A program made the position numbers and the translations under genes. Below the pieces are notes generated by a model. It was not told the DNA's origin. It saw nothing but the letters and a program-made list of their open reading frames with translations, and searched no databases. Below are positions 23,305 to 34,798 of a stretch of 48,938 nucleotides of DNA, one piece after another. Source of the DNA: Nemertoderma westbladi. Taxonomy: Eukaryota > Animalia > Xenacoelomorpha. Within the stretch, counting starts at the first letter, position 1; each line of letters opens with the position of its first letter. Where the stretch lies: NCBI GenBank assembly GCA_032718475.1, contig JAUCBJ010002848.1:1-48938 (forward strand), in the 5' to 3' direction.

Positions 23305-26300
23305 TTAAATTATCAACTTTAATCTTTGATAAATACAGTCGGCGTGCAACCGAAAACAGTCCAAAGAACATTGACCTTCGCATTGTTTAGTTGCCATGGA
23401 AACAGTTGATTGGCAACGTCCCCGCTCTAAAGAGAACCCTACCCTCTCCAATAAACCATCGCCACCTGTAGAAGAAACTGCCTGTAACACATCTTCATCA
23501 ATAGATTCACCCTTAACAGAGAACCTCAAGCTTGGAGGCAACTTTATCCCTTCCTTGACTACAAGGGTTGTCGATTCTTCTAGAATTCTCCTTAAACCAA
23601 CCGGCTTTAACAAACGAATTGGTACCCCGGAATCGAATAACGTAACATTACGAATAAACCGAAGTTCCGGTAACAGACAGGGTGTCACCGCGTGGATACA
23701 AGTCGCGTCGGTTAGGTTTATGGTAATTGGGATGGAGCAGGTGACCCCCGTATCTTGGTTACTCGTAACTAACAGTCGCTTCTCCGCTGCTAAAACGTAG
23801 AGATGCCGGAAGGCCTGATGGTGGCAGCGGTGGTCACCGCTGGTGACCGGGTACCGAGGGTAGAAGGCCACCAACATAGCCGAGACGGCCTCGTCGCTAG
23901 TCGACAGGGCCATCCTGCAGTTGCCTAGGAACAACAGACCCAGGGCCAGGTGGTTGATCAAATGATTGCCGTAGCGGATTTCGCTAGAGATACGGAAGTG
24001 GAGATGCCGTAGGAACTTTAAGACTTCAAGATCACCAGTCCCTGACATTACCATGGAGAGAGCGAGCACTATGGTACTCAAACAGCTCTCAACGGTGAGT
24101 TTACTCAGAGGCTCGCACCGTAACACTGCAACTTTATCTAGAGTCGAGCGCGCGAAGTGCAGCAGCGTGGCGCGAGCGTCCGTGTTAGCCGAGCCCGCAA
24201 ACTTAAACCCCAAAGCGAGACAAGTGCCGGCGAGGACGTTAAGGAAGGCCTCCCTGGCGGTCTCCATGTCCTCGGCGGGGTCTCGGGTCTCGAAACCGGC
24301 GTCGTGCGCCTCTAGCAGCACCAAGGGGAAAGCGGAACGAACCCACACGCTGGTGGGTTGTACCCAATCCCACATGATGAGTCCGCGAGCGAGACAGCGA
24401 TACAAGAGGAAGTCTGGACGGATGGTATCCAATAGGGAGAGAGTAGCGGGAGGTATAAACCAGTTGGCGACGGCCGAGTTGTTACTCTTAAGGAATATGA
24501 GTGTGAGAGCGGCGATGGCGCCCGGGGATGTTATATCGAGGTTAATTAAATCGCCTTCTTTTACCTGGAAGGATGGCGATGTGGCGATGCGACAATGCGG
24601 ATTCGCTAACACCATGTCGCGTTTCCTCCCGCCGATCATGTAGCGGTACAGTTGATCGGGCACCGTGGACGCGCCCACAAAGGCCGCGGACTGCCCGCGG
24701 GCGAGTAGGACCATGCCGAGAGCGAGTCCGGCGGCCAAGGAATACGCCTCGCGGTCGGAGCAGTTCTCAGAGTCCACGGAGGAGGGCCGCCCGATCTCGG
24801 CCAATAGCAGGTCGCTGACGTGCTGATTGGTGGAGCCCCGGTACACGAGACCCAATCCCACGAGGGCGACCACCTTCACCGAGTGGGGAATGTCCAACTC
24901 GGTGGAGCTGTCGGGCAACATCGCGTCTATGTGGATGGACAACATCTTAGTGATGGCTAAGTCCATGGTGCCGGCGTGGGAAGCAGCCAAGCCCAGTAGA
25001 ATAGCGATAATGATCATAGGGTCGCCTTTTGAGAGGTAGTCATGTATGGCGACCTGACTGAACTGGTTGAGGTTATTGTTGAGACCCAAACCCAGTAGGA
25101 ATCCAGCGTGCTGCATCGTCATTTGGTATTTCGCCGACGGTTTTATAACAAAGTTATTCCATTGGGGGTCGTCAGAGGCGTGCGCGCGGATCTCCAGGCC
25201 CGCGGCGACCCCCACGTGGAACTGCGGCCAGTGGAGCGTCCCGGGGGGCATCTCGATGTGGTTGAAGTCGACCGTGGTGTTCCCGGGGAGGAGACGGCCT
25301 TCCGTGCACAGCTGGGGCACGGGGTGGGCCTCCGTGAGACTGGGCAGGGTCCGCTGCAGATGGAACGCGCCCCGACCTACAGCCAACGCGATGGTTCGCT
25401 GACTCACGGTCAGTAGTAACAGTTCCTGGTCCAGCACGTACTGATGGTCGGTGACACCCGGACCTTTAGGGAGAGCGATGCTCACAGGTTTAACAGACTG
25501 TAATAGATTCTCTACCTCTAAGTCTCGGGTGTCCTCGGTAAACAACACGTCAAAGATCGAAGCGCTGTCTGTCTGAGAATGTCGGTCCAACAAAGACGAC
25601 TTGCATGATTTCTTTATAAACTCCGATCTGTGGAGGACTCTGTAAGTACTCGGTTTGAGTCCCTTGCCAACATCAAGGTCTACATCGAGGTTCTCCAACA
25701 TACTGTGGATTATAAGATGTATGTGGAGGGGGAGGGTGGCCAATAGATCAGGACTAAACCCGAACTCATCAATACATTCAGCGATACTCCCAACTCTACT
25801 CCCGTCTTCTCCATCAACAGACATTCTCTCTACGAATTTTGCAGATAAAGTTGTATTTTCACACGTAAAATATTTCTCGATATCATTGAATTGGTTGGGG
25901 GATTTTTTGCAGAAATATGTGACGAAAATTTGAATAAGTTGGAAACTGCGTTTCTGCAAACTTTCACAAAGAATATAAAATTTAGATTTTGGGGGTTTTC
26001 CATTGGCTATTGCGAAAAGAGTTTCTATTATAACTGGAGGATGTTTGGAGTGGGTTAGCGAAGGTGCTGATTGGTTAACGGTGTCCCATACGCGATCGTA
26101 ATAGTTCGTGTAACCATGGTAGCCCATTCGCTTAGCTACGGGGACCAGTACGGCGAGAAGGAGCTTAGCGTCGGCGGTGGTGAGCGAGTTGAGAAGGAGT
26201 TCCTCGTGTAGCAGATGGAGGGCGTCGAACACGCAGACAACGTGATTGGATAGACTACCAGGGAGCCCGGGGAGGTTAGCCAATGAGGGAGTCCCAGTGT

Positions 26301-28356
26301 CCGGGACAGTCCCGCCGGTAGGAGTCCGGTTGCTATGGTACCGAGACGCTAGTAACCGCTCCCAATCTGAGTCGGATGGGTTCTCGGAGGAACGGGAACG
26401 TTTGGAACTGGGTGAGGCGGAACGCGTCTTAGCGACCAGTTGGTTAGCAGCCCGAGTTCTAGCAACGGCGGTGGACGCGTGACGTCCCTTAGTAACGGGA
26501 CTGTCCGCGGCGTCTACGAGGCCAAGCGAAGCGAGCAGGAATCCCGCGAAGTGAACCCACTCGTTACGCTCGTCCACCTGAGATCCCAGACCGTTCCTCA
26601 GGAGGAACCAGCTAGCGAGCGACGCGTTGAGTTCGGTGTTACTAGCGGGAGGCACTACCGCACGGAGGCTATCCAAACAACGCGACACTATTGGTTGACT
26701 GCAAATAGGAGGGAAATTCAAACGGAAAAGCGACGCGTTGCTGAACTTAATAACAACCGAATCGACGCAACTAGTAACAAAACGTTCTGGAACGAGAAAC
26801 TGAAACAATTTGTCGCTGGAGGCAGATAAATCCTCGCAGGGCGGGTCTGTCTCCACGGGGGAGGCGGAGACGCTGCCCAGCGGGTGCGGGAAGGCGGGGT
26901 CTACGGGGGTGCTGGGACGGGGTTGCCAGGGGAGCGGGGCGGGGAAGGGGTAGGGGTTGGAGCAGGGGGCGAGATGGACGCGGCCTACGGGGTGGGGGCC
27001 CGAACGGATGGTGGCGCCGAGGTTATCGGAGGAGTCCGTCTCCAAGGAGACGAGCAGCTGCAGCGAGGGGATAGGGGAGGCGTCCTTAGCGGGAAATTCA
27101 AAAGTCAAATCGAAAGTTCGATTGTTTGAGTCGCCGAAACGGATTAGTTTTACTTTATTTAGTTGGAAATAAACAAAAACGACGTAATTATTGTTTGTTA
27201 AATCCGCGACTAGGAAACATTTGTTTGTCTTTGCGGAGGTTCCCAGAGCCATTGGTTCCGTCCAGCTGTGTTCCAGAATCAGTTTAGGGGCGAGGGGGGC
27301 CACGCACTCCAGGGGGGTCTCCTCGGGGGACAGCAGAATCGCGTGCTCGGTGTGCCCCCCGAGGGAGCGGTGTCGCGGGCGGGAGGGGGTCGCCGGGGAG
27401 TAGCTCAGTCGCATCTCGCGGTCCACCCGGAACGGGGGGAACACGAGGGGGGAGCGGGGGGACGCGGGGGGGAACACCGGCAGGAGGGGGGATTCCATGA
27501 TGAGAGAGCGCAGCGAGGGAGACATCCCGGGGGAGTAACGGGAGAGACTGGCGGCGATGCTGGGTGTCCGGGAAGGGAGGGACGTCCGGGATACAGCCGC
27601 GGACGTCTTAATGAACAGAGTTTGTTCCGGTTTGCTGAACTCCCGGACGCGCCACACCGAGTGGCACCCAGTGGTGGCGTCGTATAGCGCCACAATCCCC
27701 GCGTCGCATCGCTGATCCGTCGCCACAATGCGCCACGCGGCTTCCGTTGCGTAACGCGGCTTATTCCCGTCGAGGCTGTACACTATCGGAATGACGTCAT
27801 CGTAGGGGTGTAGGAGGGTGAACAGGACCGGAAGTGGAGTGGAAGATGTGTCCGGAAGTCCGGACAGCTCGGAGGGTTTACGCTGACGTTCCAACAGTAA
27901 ACCACCGGTCGGTAAACGATGGGCATTCTTTACCGTAAACGGGATCGCGCATTGGAACTGCTGCCCCCCGGATATCACCAATATCAGATTGGAATGGATG
28001 ACAGCCAACGAGTTATATAAAGACGAGTTACTCGATTTAGTAGGAGGTCCGTTGTAATTAAAGTTACAACGGAAGGCCTTCTTTATAGGGTAATCGGTAG
28101 AAAATGTTTCGAACTTAGGAACTCCTTTATCGTCTATATAACTTATTAAAACCTTTTTACCGATTGTGTATATTTCCTCCTGTATGTTCCCGTTTAGTTC
28201 TAAATTCCAATGGATATCGTCCGTTATTAGGTCCCAGCCGGTTATATTCACTATGTCTCTGAGTCTGTCAGTGAGGGGGAGGAATTCGCTGCATTCTCTC
28301 GCTGTAATCATTGTTTCTTCGAAGCCACAGCCGGCACGGTGGCAACCAGACTTCAT
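23305..28356 (-). CDS. ANAPC1: Anaphase-promoting complex/cyclosome subunit 1 (APC1), single uninterrupted ORF of 1683 aa
   Basis: Recognisable APC1 motifs along the whole length: MITARECSEFLP, GLLLER, LFTLLHPYDD, RPSTP, SDSDWERLL, F.ED.R..EV..LLQS, QRTIALAVGRG, WPQFHVGVAAGL, HAGFLLGLGL, REAYSLAAGLALGMV, LDTIRPDFL, LGFKFAGS, GTGDLEVL, YGNHL..HLALGLLFLG, HHQAFRHLYVLA (PC repeats). True start may be the second Met (MITAR). Confidence 0.95.
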   Translation of the reverse strand: MKSGCHRAGCGFEETMITARECSEFLPLTDRLRDIVNITGWDLITDDIHWNLELNGNIQEEIYTIGKKVLISYIDDKGVPKFETFSTDYPIKKAFRCNFNYNGPPTKSSNSSLYNSLAVIHSNLILVISGGQQFQCAIPFTVKNAHRLPTGGLLLERQRKPSELSGLPDTSSTPLPVLFTLLHPYDDVIPIVYSLDGNKPRYATEAAWRIVATDQRCDAGIVALYDATTGCHSVWRVREFSKPEQTLFIKTSAAVSRTSLPSRTPSIAASLSRYSPGMSPSLRSLIMESPLLPVFPPASPRSPLVFPPFRVDREMRLSYSPATPSRPRHRSLGGHTEHAILLSPEETPLECVAPLAPKLILEHSWTEPMALGTSAKTNKCFLVADLTNNNYVVFVYFQLNKVKLIRFGDSNNRTFDLTFEFPAKDASPIPSLQLLVSLETDSSDNLGATIRSGPHPVGRVHLAPCSNPYPFPAPLPWQPRPSTPVDPAFPHPLGSVSASPVETDPPCEDLSASSDKLFQFLVPERFVTSCVDSVVIKFSNASLFRLNFPPICSQPIVSRCLDSLRAVVPPASNTELNASLASWFLLRNGLGSQVDERNEWVHFAGFLLASLGLVDAADSPVTKGRHASTAVARTRAANQLVAKTRSASPSSKRSRSSENPSDSDWERLLASRYHSNRTPTGGTVPDTGTPSLANLPGLPGSLSNHVVCVFDALHLLHEELLLNSLTTADAKLLLAVLVPVAKRMGYHGYTNYYDRVWDTVNQSAPSLTHSKHPPVIIETLFAIANGKPPKSKFYILCESLQKRSFQLIQIFVTYFCKKSPNQFNDIEKYFTCENTTLSAKFVERMSVDGEDGSRVGSIAECIDEFGFSPDLLATLPLHIHLIIHSMLENLDVDLDVGKGLKPSTYRVLHRSEFIKKSCKSSLLDRHSQTDSASIFDVLFTEDTRDLEVENLLQSVKPVSIALPKGPGVTDHQYVLDQELLLLTVSQRTIALAVGRGAFHLQRTLPSLTEAHPVPQLCTEGRLLPGNTTVDFNHIEMPPGTLHWPQFHVGVAAGLEIRAHASDDPQWNNFVIKPSAKYQMTMQHAGFLLGLGLNNNLNQFSQVAIHDYLSKGDPMIIIAILLGLAASHAGTMDLAITKMLSIHIDAMLPDSSTELDIPHSVKVVALVGLGLVYRGSTNQHVSDLLLAEIGRPSSVDSENCSDREAYSLAAGLALGMVLLARGQSAAFVGASTVPDQLYRYMIGGRKRDMVLANPHCRIATSPSFQVKEGDLINLDITSPGAIAALTLIFLKSNNSAVANWFIPPATLSLLDTIRPDFLLYRCLARGLIMWDWVQPTSVWVRSAFPLVLLEAHDAGFETRDPAEDMETAREAFLNVLAGTCLALGFKFAGSANTDARATLLHFARSTLDKVAVLRCEPLSKLTVESCLSTIVLALSMVMSGTGDLEVLKFLRHLHFRISSEIRYGNHLINHLALGLLFLGNCRMALSTSDEAVSAMLVAFYPRYPVTSGDHRCHHQAFRHLYVLAAEKRLLVTSNQDTGVTCSIPITINLTDATCIHAVTPCLLPELRFIRNVTLFDSGVPIRLLKPVGLRRILEESTTLVVKEGIKLPPSLRFSVKGESIDEDVLQAVSSTGGDGLLERVGFSLERGRCQSTVSMATKQCEGQCSLDCFRLHADCIYQRLKLII

Positions 28357-28912
28357 CCGTCAATCAAGATTCCAGTATTTTCTAACATTTGGTGAGGTCA
28401 CAGTTCACAGCGAATGGATTCAATTGTTTGACATGTCACTCAATCAATATGCAAAAATCATTCGAATACGTAATATTATTATTTATAAATAATCGACATA
28501 GGCTTAAGCCTAACTAAAATTGCCTAGATAGCGCTAGCAATAAGTGGCCGGGCGGTGTGTATAATCATTTCGGTACAAGTGCTTTTTATACCAGGTTTTA
28601 AGCAGAGCCTCAAAACCAGAAAGGAATAAGTGGCTGTGGGGTGGCTGGCCCTGGTAATAAATTCTTACCAAACAATACAAGAGAGGCAGATTCAATTGTT
28701 TAATCATTATTATTATTATTAACACTCGATACCAGTAAAAATATGACCATGGAGAAAACAACCCGGTTACAAACAAGAAACAACACTGACGGTTGTAAAA
28801 CAAAACTAAATACACATAATACAAAGAGAAAGACAGAAAGAGGCACAGAATACATAGATAAAATGACAATAAGGGCGCGTTGGCAAATATAAAAAAAAAT
28901 CGGACAAACATA

Positions 28913-30131
28913 CACCATAACCCTTAATACAACAACCATTTTTAGGGGGTCGGAGACCCCCCCCCCCCTAATTTTTTTCAAATTTCAATAAAATGCTACG
29001 AAATTCGGTATGATGATAAATCGACACCTTTTCTTACTGGTGGCGTGGCCGGATTTTTCAATTTCTCAGTTATTTCCATACAACAAGCCCTTAAAAATGT
29101 CTATTTAGCAATGTTTTACCACCTCCGTAGACTTTATTTTTCATCTTTGTAATGAAATCTAGATATCATTACACCATATCATATAAGGTTCCACCTTGGT
29201 GTAGTGGTTGCATTGAATTCACATCTCTAGTAGGTCGTGGGTTCGATCCTCACATGGGCCAGGGCAGTTTTCGTTTCGGCACGAATGCTTTAAAGGGACC
29301 AGCCAGGGCGCATCTCTGCCTTGCATCTTTAAGAAGTGGTAGCTAAATGAGTACTAGAGTTTCCTCTGGGGAGTAAAGTTCTGGGGGGACCGCACTGGAA
29401 ATAAGTCGTAAGACTTTGTGCGTAATCCCTGGCCTAGCGGCCGAAGAAAATTTACTTTTACTTTTTTACTTTACATTAGATCCGCCTTCATCTGCAGATT
29501 CCGAATATGAAACCCGTTGTAAATTTCACCAAGAACTTCCGGAGATATTATAAAAATACTAAGGTGTAAATTTTGTGATGTAAATCGGTATAATTCTATA
29601 ATTCTGTGTTTTTTTTACTCAATTCTAGACTATTATTATGAGTAATGAAAAAACAAGATGGAGAGTTTTAAGCGCTCAGCTAAATAATAATTAATATTCT
29701 AGAATAAAGACAACAAAACATCAGAATTATAGCGATTTACGTCTCTAAATTTTCACATTAGTATTTTGATAAAATCTTTACTACCAACTGACCAATTTTT
29801 GGTTAAATTTAAAACGGTTTTCAGATTCGGAATCTACAGACGAAGGCGGTTGTAATGATAGCTAGATTACATTTCAAAGACGTAAAATAAAGTCTACGGA
29901 GGTGGTTAAACATTGCTAAATAGACATTTTTTAAGGGATTGTTGTATGGAAATAACTGAGAAATTGAAAAATCCGGCCAGGCCACCAGTGAGAAAAGGTG
30001 TCAATCTGTTATCATATCAAATTTTGTAGCATTTTATTGTAATTTTAAAAAAATTAGGGTGGGAGGGGGGGGGGGGGGGGGCTCCGACCCCCTAAAAATG
30101 GTTGTTGTATTACGTATTAAGGGTTATGGTG
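28913..30131. mobile_element. Largely palindromic non-autonomous Tc1/mariner-type element
   Basis: TA|CACCATAACCCTTAATAC... and ...GTATTAAGGGTTATGGTG|TA give a TA target duplication. Arms of about 400 bp mirror each other. Confidence 0.8.
29186..29474 (+). mobile_element. Near full-length tRNA-derived SINE nested in the left arm of the MITE
   Basis: A-box TGGTGTAGTGG, B-box GGTTCGATCC and a (TTTTTAC)n-type tail. The sequence is absent from the mirrored right arm. Two more partial copies are in the window. Confidence 0.85.
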
Positions 30132-31589
30132 TACTTCACTACGTATTGTGACAGGGACTACAATAGACATTAGGTGAAATAAAACCCATCGCATAAAAGC
30201 CAAAAATTAATTAAAAATATGTCATAATATCTCTTTAATAGCAAAAACATTAATAAAAAAAATAAAATAAATCATAAAATCAGGGTACATAATATGCAAA
30301 TAATAAACAAAATTACATGAACCTATTGAAGCGGCAAAATGAAATAAGATTTAGTTCTTTGACCATTCTTGTAATTCAGATGTATTTCAGATGTCAGGAT
30401 GTCCATGGATTGGAATGTCCTTAAAGACAGGCAAGAGTCACAAACAGACAAATACAGGATCTCGTTGAACTGTTGAAAGACCCGCCCTATCGCCTGATCG
30501 CTATAATCTCACCTTCTGACCGTGTAATAAATAAATCAGCGAAAAAAGTCAGCGATAAAGTTAAAGACGTAGGGTAACTAAAGAAGATCTACTAGTACTT
30601 GATAAAGAGGTACTGGACTGGTTAGCCTGTATAATACGGTCTTCTGTCTTCACAACCACACTCAACTCCGCCACTCCATCTATGGCTATTCCATATTCAG
30701 GCCAGCAGTCGTGCTTCAGAAACGAGGGTTGTCTAGTCTGCTCTGCTTCTGCATGGTGCCGGTGCTTGGCAGCCTGGGCTGGGACGGAATTGGCCAGTCA
30801 GCCAGTTCAGACTGACAGAAGTACTGAAGAAGGTCTGTCAGTTTTCGCGGTAAATATCTGAATAATAATAACTGCAAGCAAGCAAGCAAGCCGTATTTCA
30901 TAGTTGATGCATATAGCAATAGAGCATAGGCCTACTGGCTACACTCAATCTGCCAAACACAGAAAGATGACACCGGGAACGGGAAGGACTACTGCGGTAG
31001 GCAGGATGAGAGGTAGGCGAACTACCGGCAGACCGGTACAACTGCCTGACAGCCTGAATGCAAGACTGCGCAACAATATTGCATTAGCACAGCCGCTGTA
31101 TGAGTAGGCCTATATGATTTGGCTACTCGCAACGGCACGACCAGACGACTACAGCAAGGCCAATACGGTACCTACGTCTGTACGTTTGTATGTCAATACT
31201 GCTGTACTGCAGTACAGCAGTATGTAGAGCAGTAGAGTAGAACTGCCGATTTCAGAATTTAGTCAATCAGTCTATTTCATAGAATTAGCCACTGATTTGA
31301 ATTTCCCTCCTTTCTAAGGCCCAAAAAAAATTTGTACAAATCTTGATGAGATTGAATGAAATTTGAAGCAGAGCTTTCATTCTTTAGCTACAAGCGTTTA
31401 ATAAAAGGTGTCTCCGTCGATATTGCACCAGTCACACCGCAGTTATTCTTCAACCTTATAGTGAATTGATAATTGAACTGGTTGGTATTGATCGAAAGCT
31501 GGCGATGTAAGGATTCCAAATATGTAACACGATCGTTTAAAAATAGTTGAGATACAGTATGAGCGTTCGAAAGTTGCACGATTTTTCAT

Positions 31590-32010
31590 CTGCGCAAGGC
31601 TATTTTATCGGCCTCATCGGCTGACTGACGCTATCTAGCGTCGAAATAGCTATGGTGGACTGGTAATCTTCAACGTAAGTTATGGCCAAATATGATTTGA
31701 TTGGGCGAACGCCCGTCAGGTCGCGGTGTATTCCGGCTTCCAGGAATGGTTCCGAGCTAATATCTTGATCCGTTAATTTCGCTAACATTGTTTTAATGAT
31801 TTTCACATGGCTCTCTCAGCATGGCCATTACTCGATGGGAAATATGGGGTGCTGGGACCCCATCTCACACCCCACCGTTCTAGAAATTTTCTAAATCTAG
31901 AAGCAGCGAATTGTGGTCCCCTGTCTGTCCTTAAAAAAAGTTGGAACGCCGAAGTCTACAAAAAATTTCCGCATTACAAAAGTAAGTTGTTGTGGAGTCG
32001 GGTCCTGCCG
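31590..32010 (-). pseudogene. Degenerate Ty3/Gypsy-type integrase core fragment
   Basis: Manual translation gives FGVPTFLRTDRGPQFAASRFRKFLERWGVRWGPSTPYFPSSNGHAERA (second D and the E of the DDE triad), then a frameshift into KIIKTMLAK and an EY/T-P-like downstream segment. Confidence 0.85.
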
Positions 32011-34361
32011 CCATTGGGCCACTATTGGGAAGGGAATAAAAAGTCAGTATAAACAAGGTAGTGACGTCCAGCCAGTGCAAGATCCGCTGAGCAACATTGA
32101 AAAGGTCGTTCAGGAACAGGAACATGTTGTTACCAATTGACGGAAAGGAGCATGTTACAAATAAGGCTTTTTCTAACCAAAACAATAAACGATGTTGTTA
32201 TTAATATCGTATAGGCCTATAAGAATATATATTTTTACTTATCTAGTTTATCTATTCACTAGCGCTTATATCCTGCAAATAATATCCAATTGGGGGGATG
32301 GGGGGAGGGGGTAAAAGAAATCACTAAGTGTGACGGGGGTGGGGGGGGGGGGGGAAGGGTGTAAAGGAAAGCACGATTATCACTGGATGATATTAGTGAT
32401 GCCATTTGGGATTTAAAACTGGATCCTGCCAAGATCCTTGGTTGCTTGGTGTTTCGGCCTTCGGCAATATCATAGGGAGTTAATTTTGTAAGCGGATTCA
32501 ATTCCCTTAAATTATCCACCCGAAAATGGGACCAGTGGCATTTTACCAATATAGTTGGCGATACGAGATTACCAATAATAATCTATAGGGGGGCGATACA
32601 GGCCCCAAAGCCACAGAGAGAGGTGAAAGGTCAAACCACCTCAGAGGGAGAACACAGCTAGTCAAGGCTAGCGGCGGGGGAAACACTCACAGGGAGTGCC
32701 AAAGTGACAATTAGTATATAAGCCAATAGCAGGCAGGGAGCACGTGGACAGAGATAGGAAAGCATCCATTGGGTACAGAAGGCCAAGTAGAGTAAGAGGT
32801 GAAACCGATATCTATGTGTATCAATCATATAGTTATTCTGTATTACTGATTTACCGGTCAGTTCATTAATCACAGAGTTGCAGACCGGTTATAGTTTTTG
32901 ACCGTCATCTAGTATCAATAATATATCTGATTCTGTATTGCGATTTCAATCACATTCTGTAACTAATTCTGTGCTATTATCATTTGGAACATTAACATCG
33001 AGAAACACAAACTCTGTTATTTTCCCCAACGGCCTTCGGCCAAAAGGACAGTAGCTCAGCAGCCCAGCAGGAGGTGACGCGTACTAAATCTTATCCGGTC
33101 GGGATCTACAATCCCGTCACAAATTTACAATACTGGAAATCACGAAATTAGAATCCCATTTAAACACATGTACGTACCAACACCAATACTTGCGCAATAT
33201 TTTCCGGTATGTACTTGTAAATATTATGGAACCTAGTCAGGTATTTATAGCAGTAACCATATTATATCTTAAAATAAGAAATTAAACTTTGAAATGTTTA
33301 TAACATTATTTCATTACTATTAATAACAAAACAACAGATACATAACGAAACCAAGGCAACATAAACAAAAAGGCACTACTTAAACCATCACAATTAAATT
33401 AACTTGAAATCTGGCCAGAATATACGAACTTACAATAATGAATTGTTTCTAGATATTTGGACATTTAAAGATAAGATCAGTGCTGAAAATTATTGAAGGA
33501 AAGAGAATTAGAAATTAAATTCAGAAAAGGGAGAAACAGAAATATCGTGCTGAATTGTGCAATTAATAATGTGCATTGCATTGCATTGCATCACTATAGA
33601 AAGCCAGAAGAACACTGATTGATACCGGTATAAAAAAAACAAAATGAAAACAAATATAAACTCTCATAAATAATAAGTTTGGTATTAATTATTATAGATT
33701 TACGATAGATACCCTTTTAACCGCAATAATCGATGAATTGTACAGGAATATGGCCACAAATGTAAGATAAACCGGGGCAATGAATACGTTACAGTGGGTA
33801 GATTAATTAATAATATATATAACTTATAGAATAATATATTCAATTTGTTATTATAAACATTTTATTCTGAGAATTAATAGTTTGAAATGAAATCAGAGTC
33901 TGCGGATTTGTAAAGGTTTCTATAGCGACACAAATTATCCCAGGAAAACTCGATCAAGTTTCACAATAATTGAAATGCAAGTGAAAACCATAATATTTTA
34001 GTTAATTTTTTCTCAAAATATTAAATCACATATCAATATAATATAAAACTAAAAGTAATATTGTAATATACGATACATTGAGCATTGCGGTAGAGTATGC
34101 TACAGCAAAGGCTACTGACCGGGCCCTAATCCCCAAAGAGTCCACCAGGGGATGGGCCAGCAGTTGCCAGGACAGACGCAAATTAACTAAATAATTTAGT
34201 TAATTAATACGGGAATTGTTGTATTACCTATTAATTCTAAACCTCTGTAAAAAAAAATGGAGACAAGTACCTCATTACTTTAAGTATTTAACCAAAACTA
34301 GAAAGCCAGAGAGCTGGCAGTAAACAAAGCTGCCTAAATGTTAAATATAAATTAAACAAAA

Positions 34362-34440
34362 AGGCCTGATCAGAATACGGGATCGAACCCGGTAATATCA
34401 CATCTCAAGCCTGGCGCTCTACCGAGTGATCTACCTGAGA
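34362..34440 (-). mobile_element. tRNA-like SINE head or tRNA pseudogene
   Basis: Minus strand has GGTAGATCACTCGGTAGAGCG (A-box-like) and GGGTTCGATCCC (B-box). The cloverleaf stems are not intact. Confidence 0.5.
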
Positions 34441-34798
34441 TAAATCAGCAGAACAACACGAATTACATTCTTTTTGAGGGACCATCTTTCTTACAACAAC
34501 TACCTGCTGCACCTCCATAAAGAGGAAGTTTCCTTATAACTATGATCTTACAATTTACGTCGACTTCCATCTTGACTATATTAATAAATGATTCAAAACG
34601 GTCATTTGCGTTTATAGTGAAACGTGCGGGGCAGCATGTCAATCAGTTGTTGCATTAAATAAGTAAATATAACGTAAAAATAAATCTCACTTTATGTCCT
34701 TGCTAAAACTAATCTAAAACTACAGAAAGTAAAATAATGAGTAATTAACTACTTAACCAACAAAAAAGAAGCACAAATCTTGTAACAACTCAATAGAA

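Noticed and set aside
23396-28492. Many plus-strand and alternate-frame ORFs overlapping APC1
   Set aside because: Antisense shadows of a GC-rich coding sequence with no recognisable motifs.
28534-28981. Hydrophobic ORFs upstream of APC1 as membrane proteins or extra exons
   Set aside because: T-rich low-complexity minus strand that runs into a MITE; no motifs.
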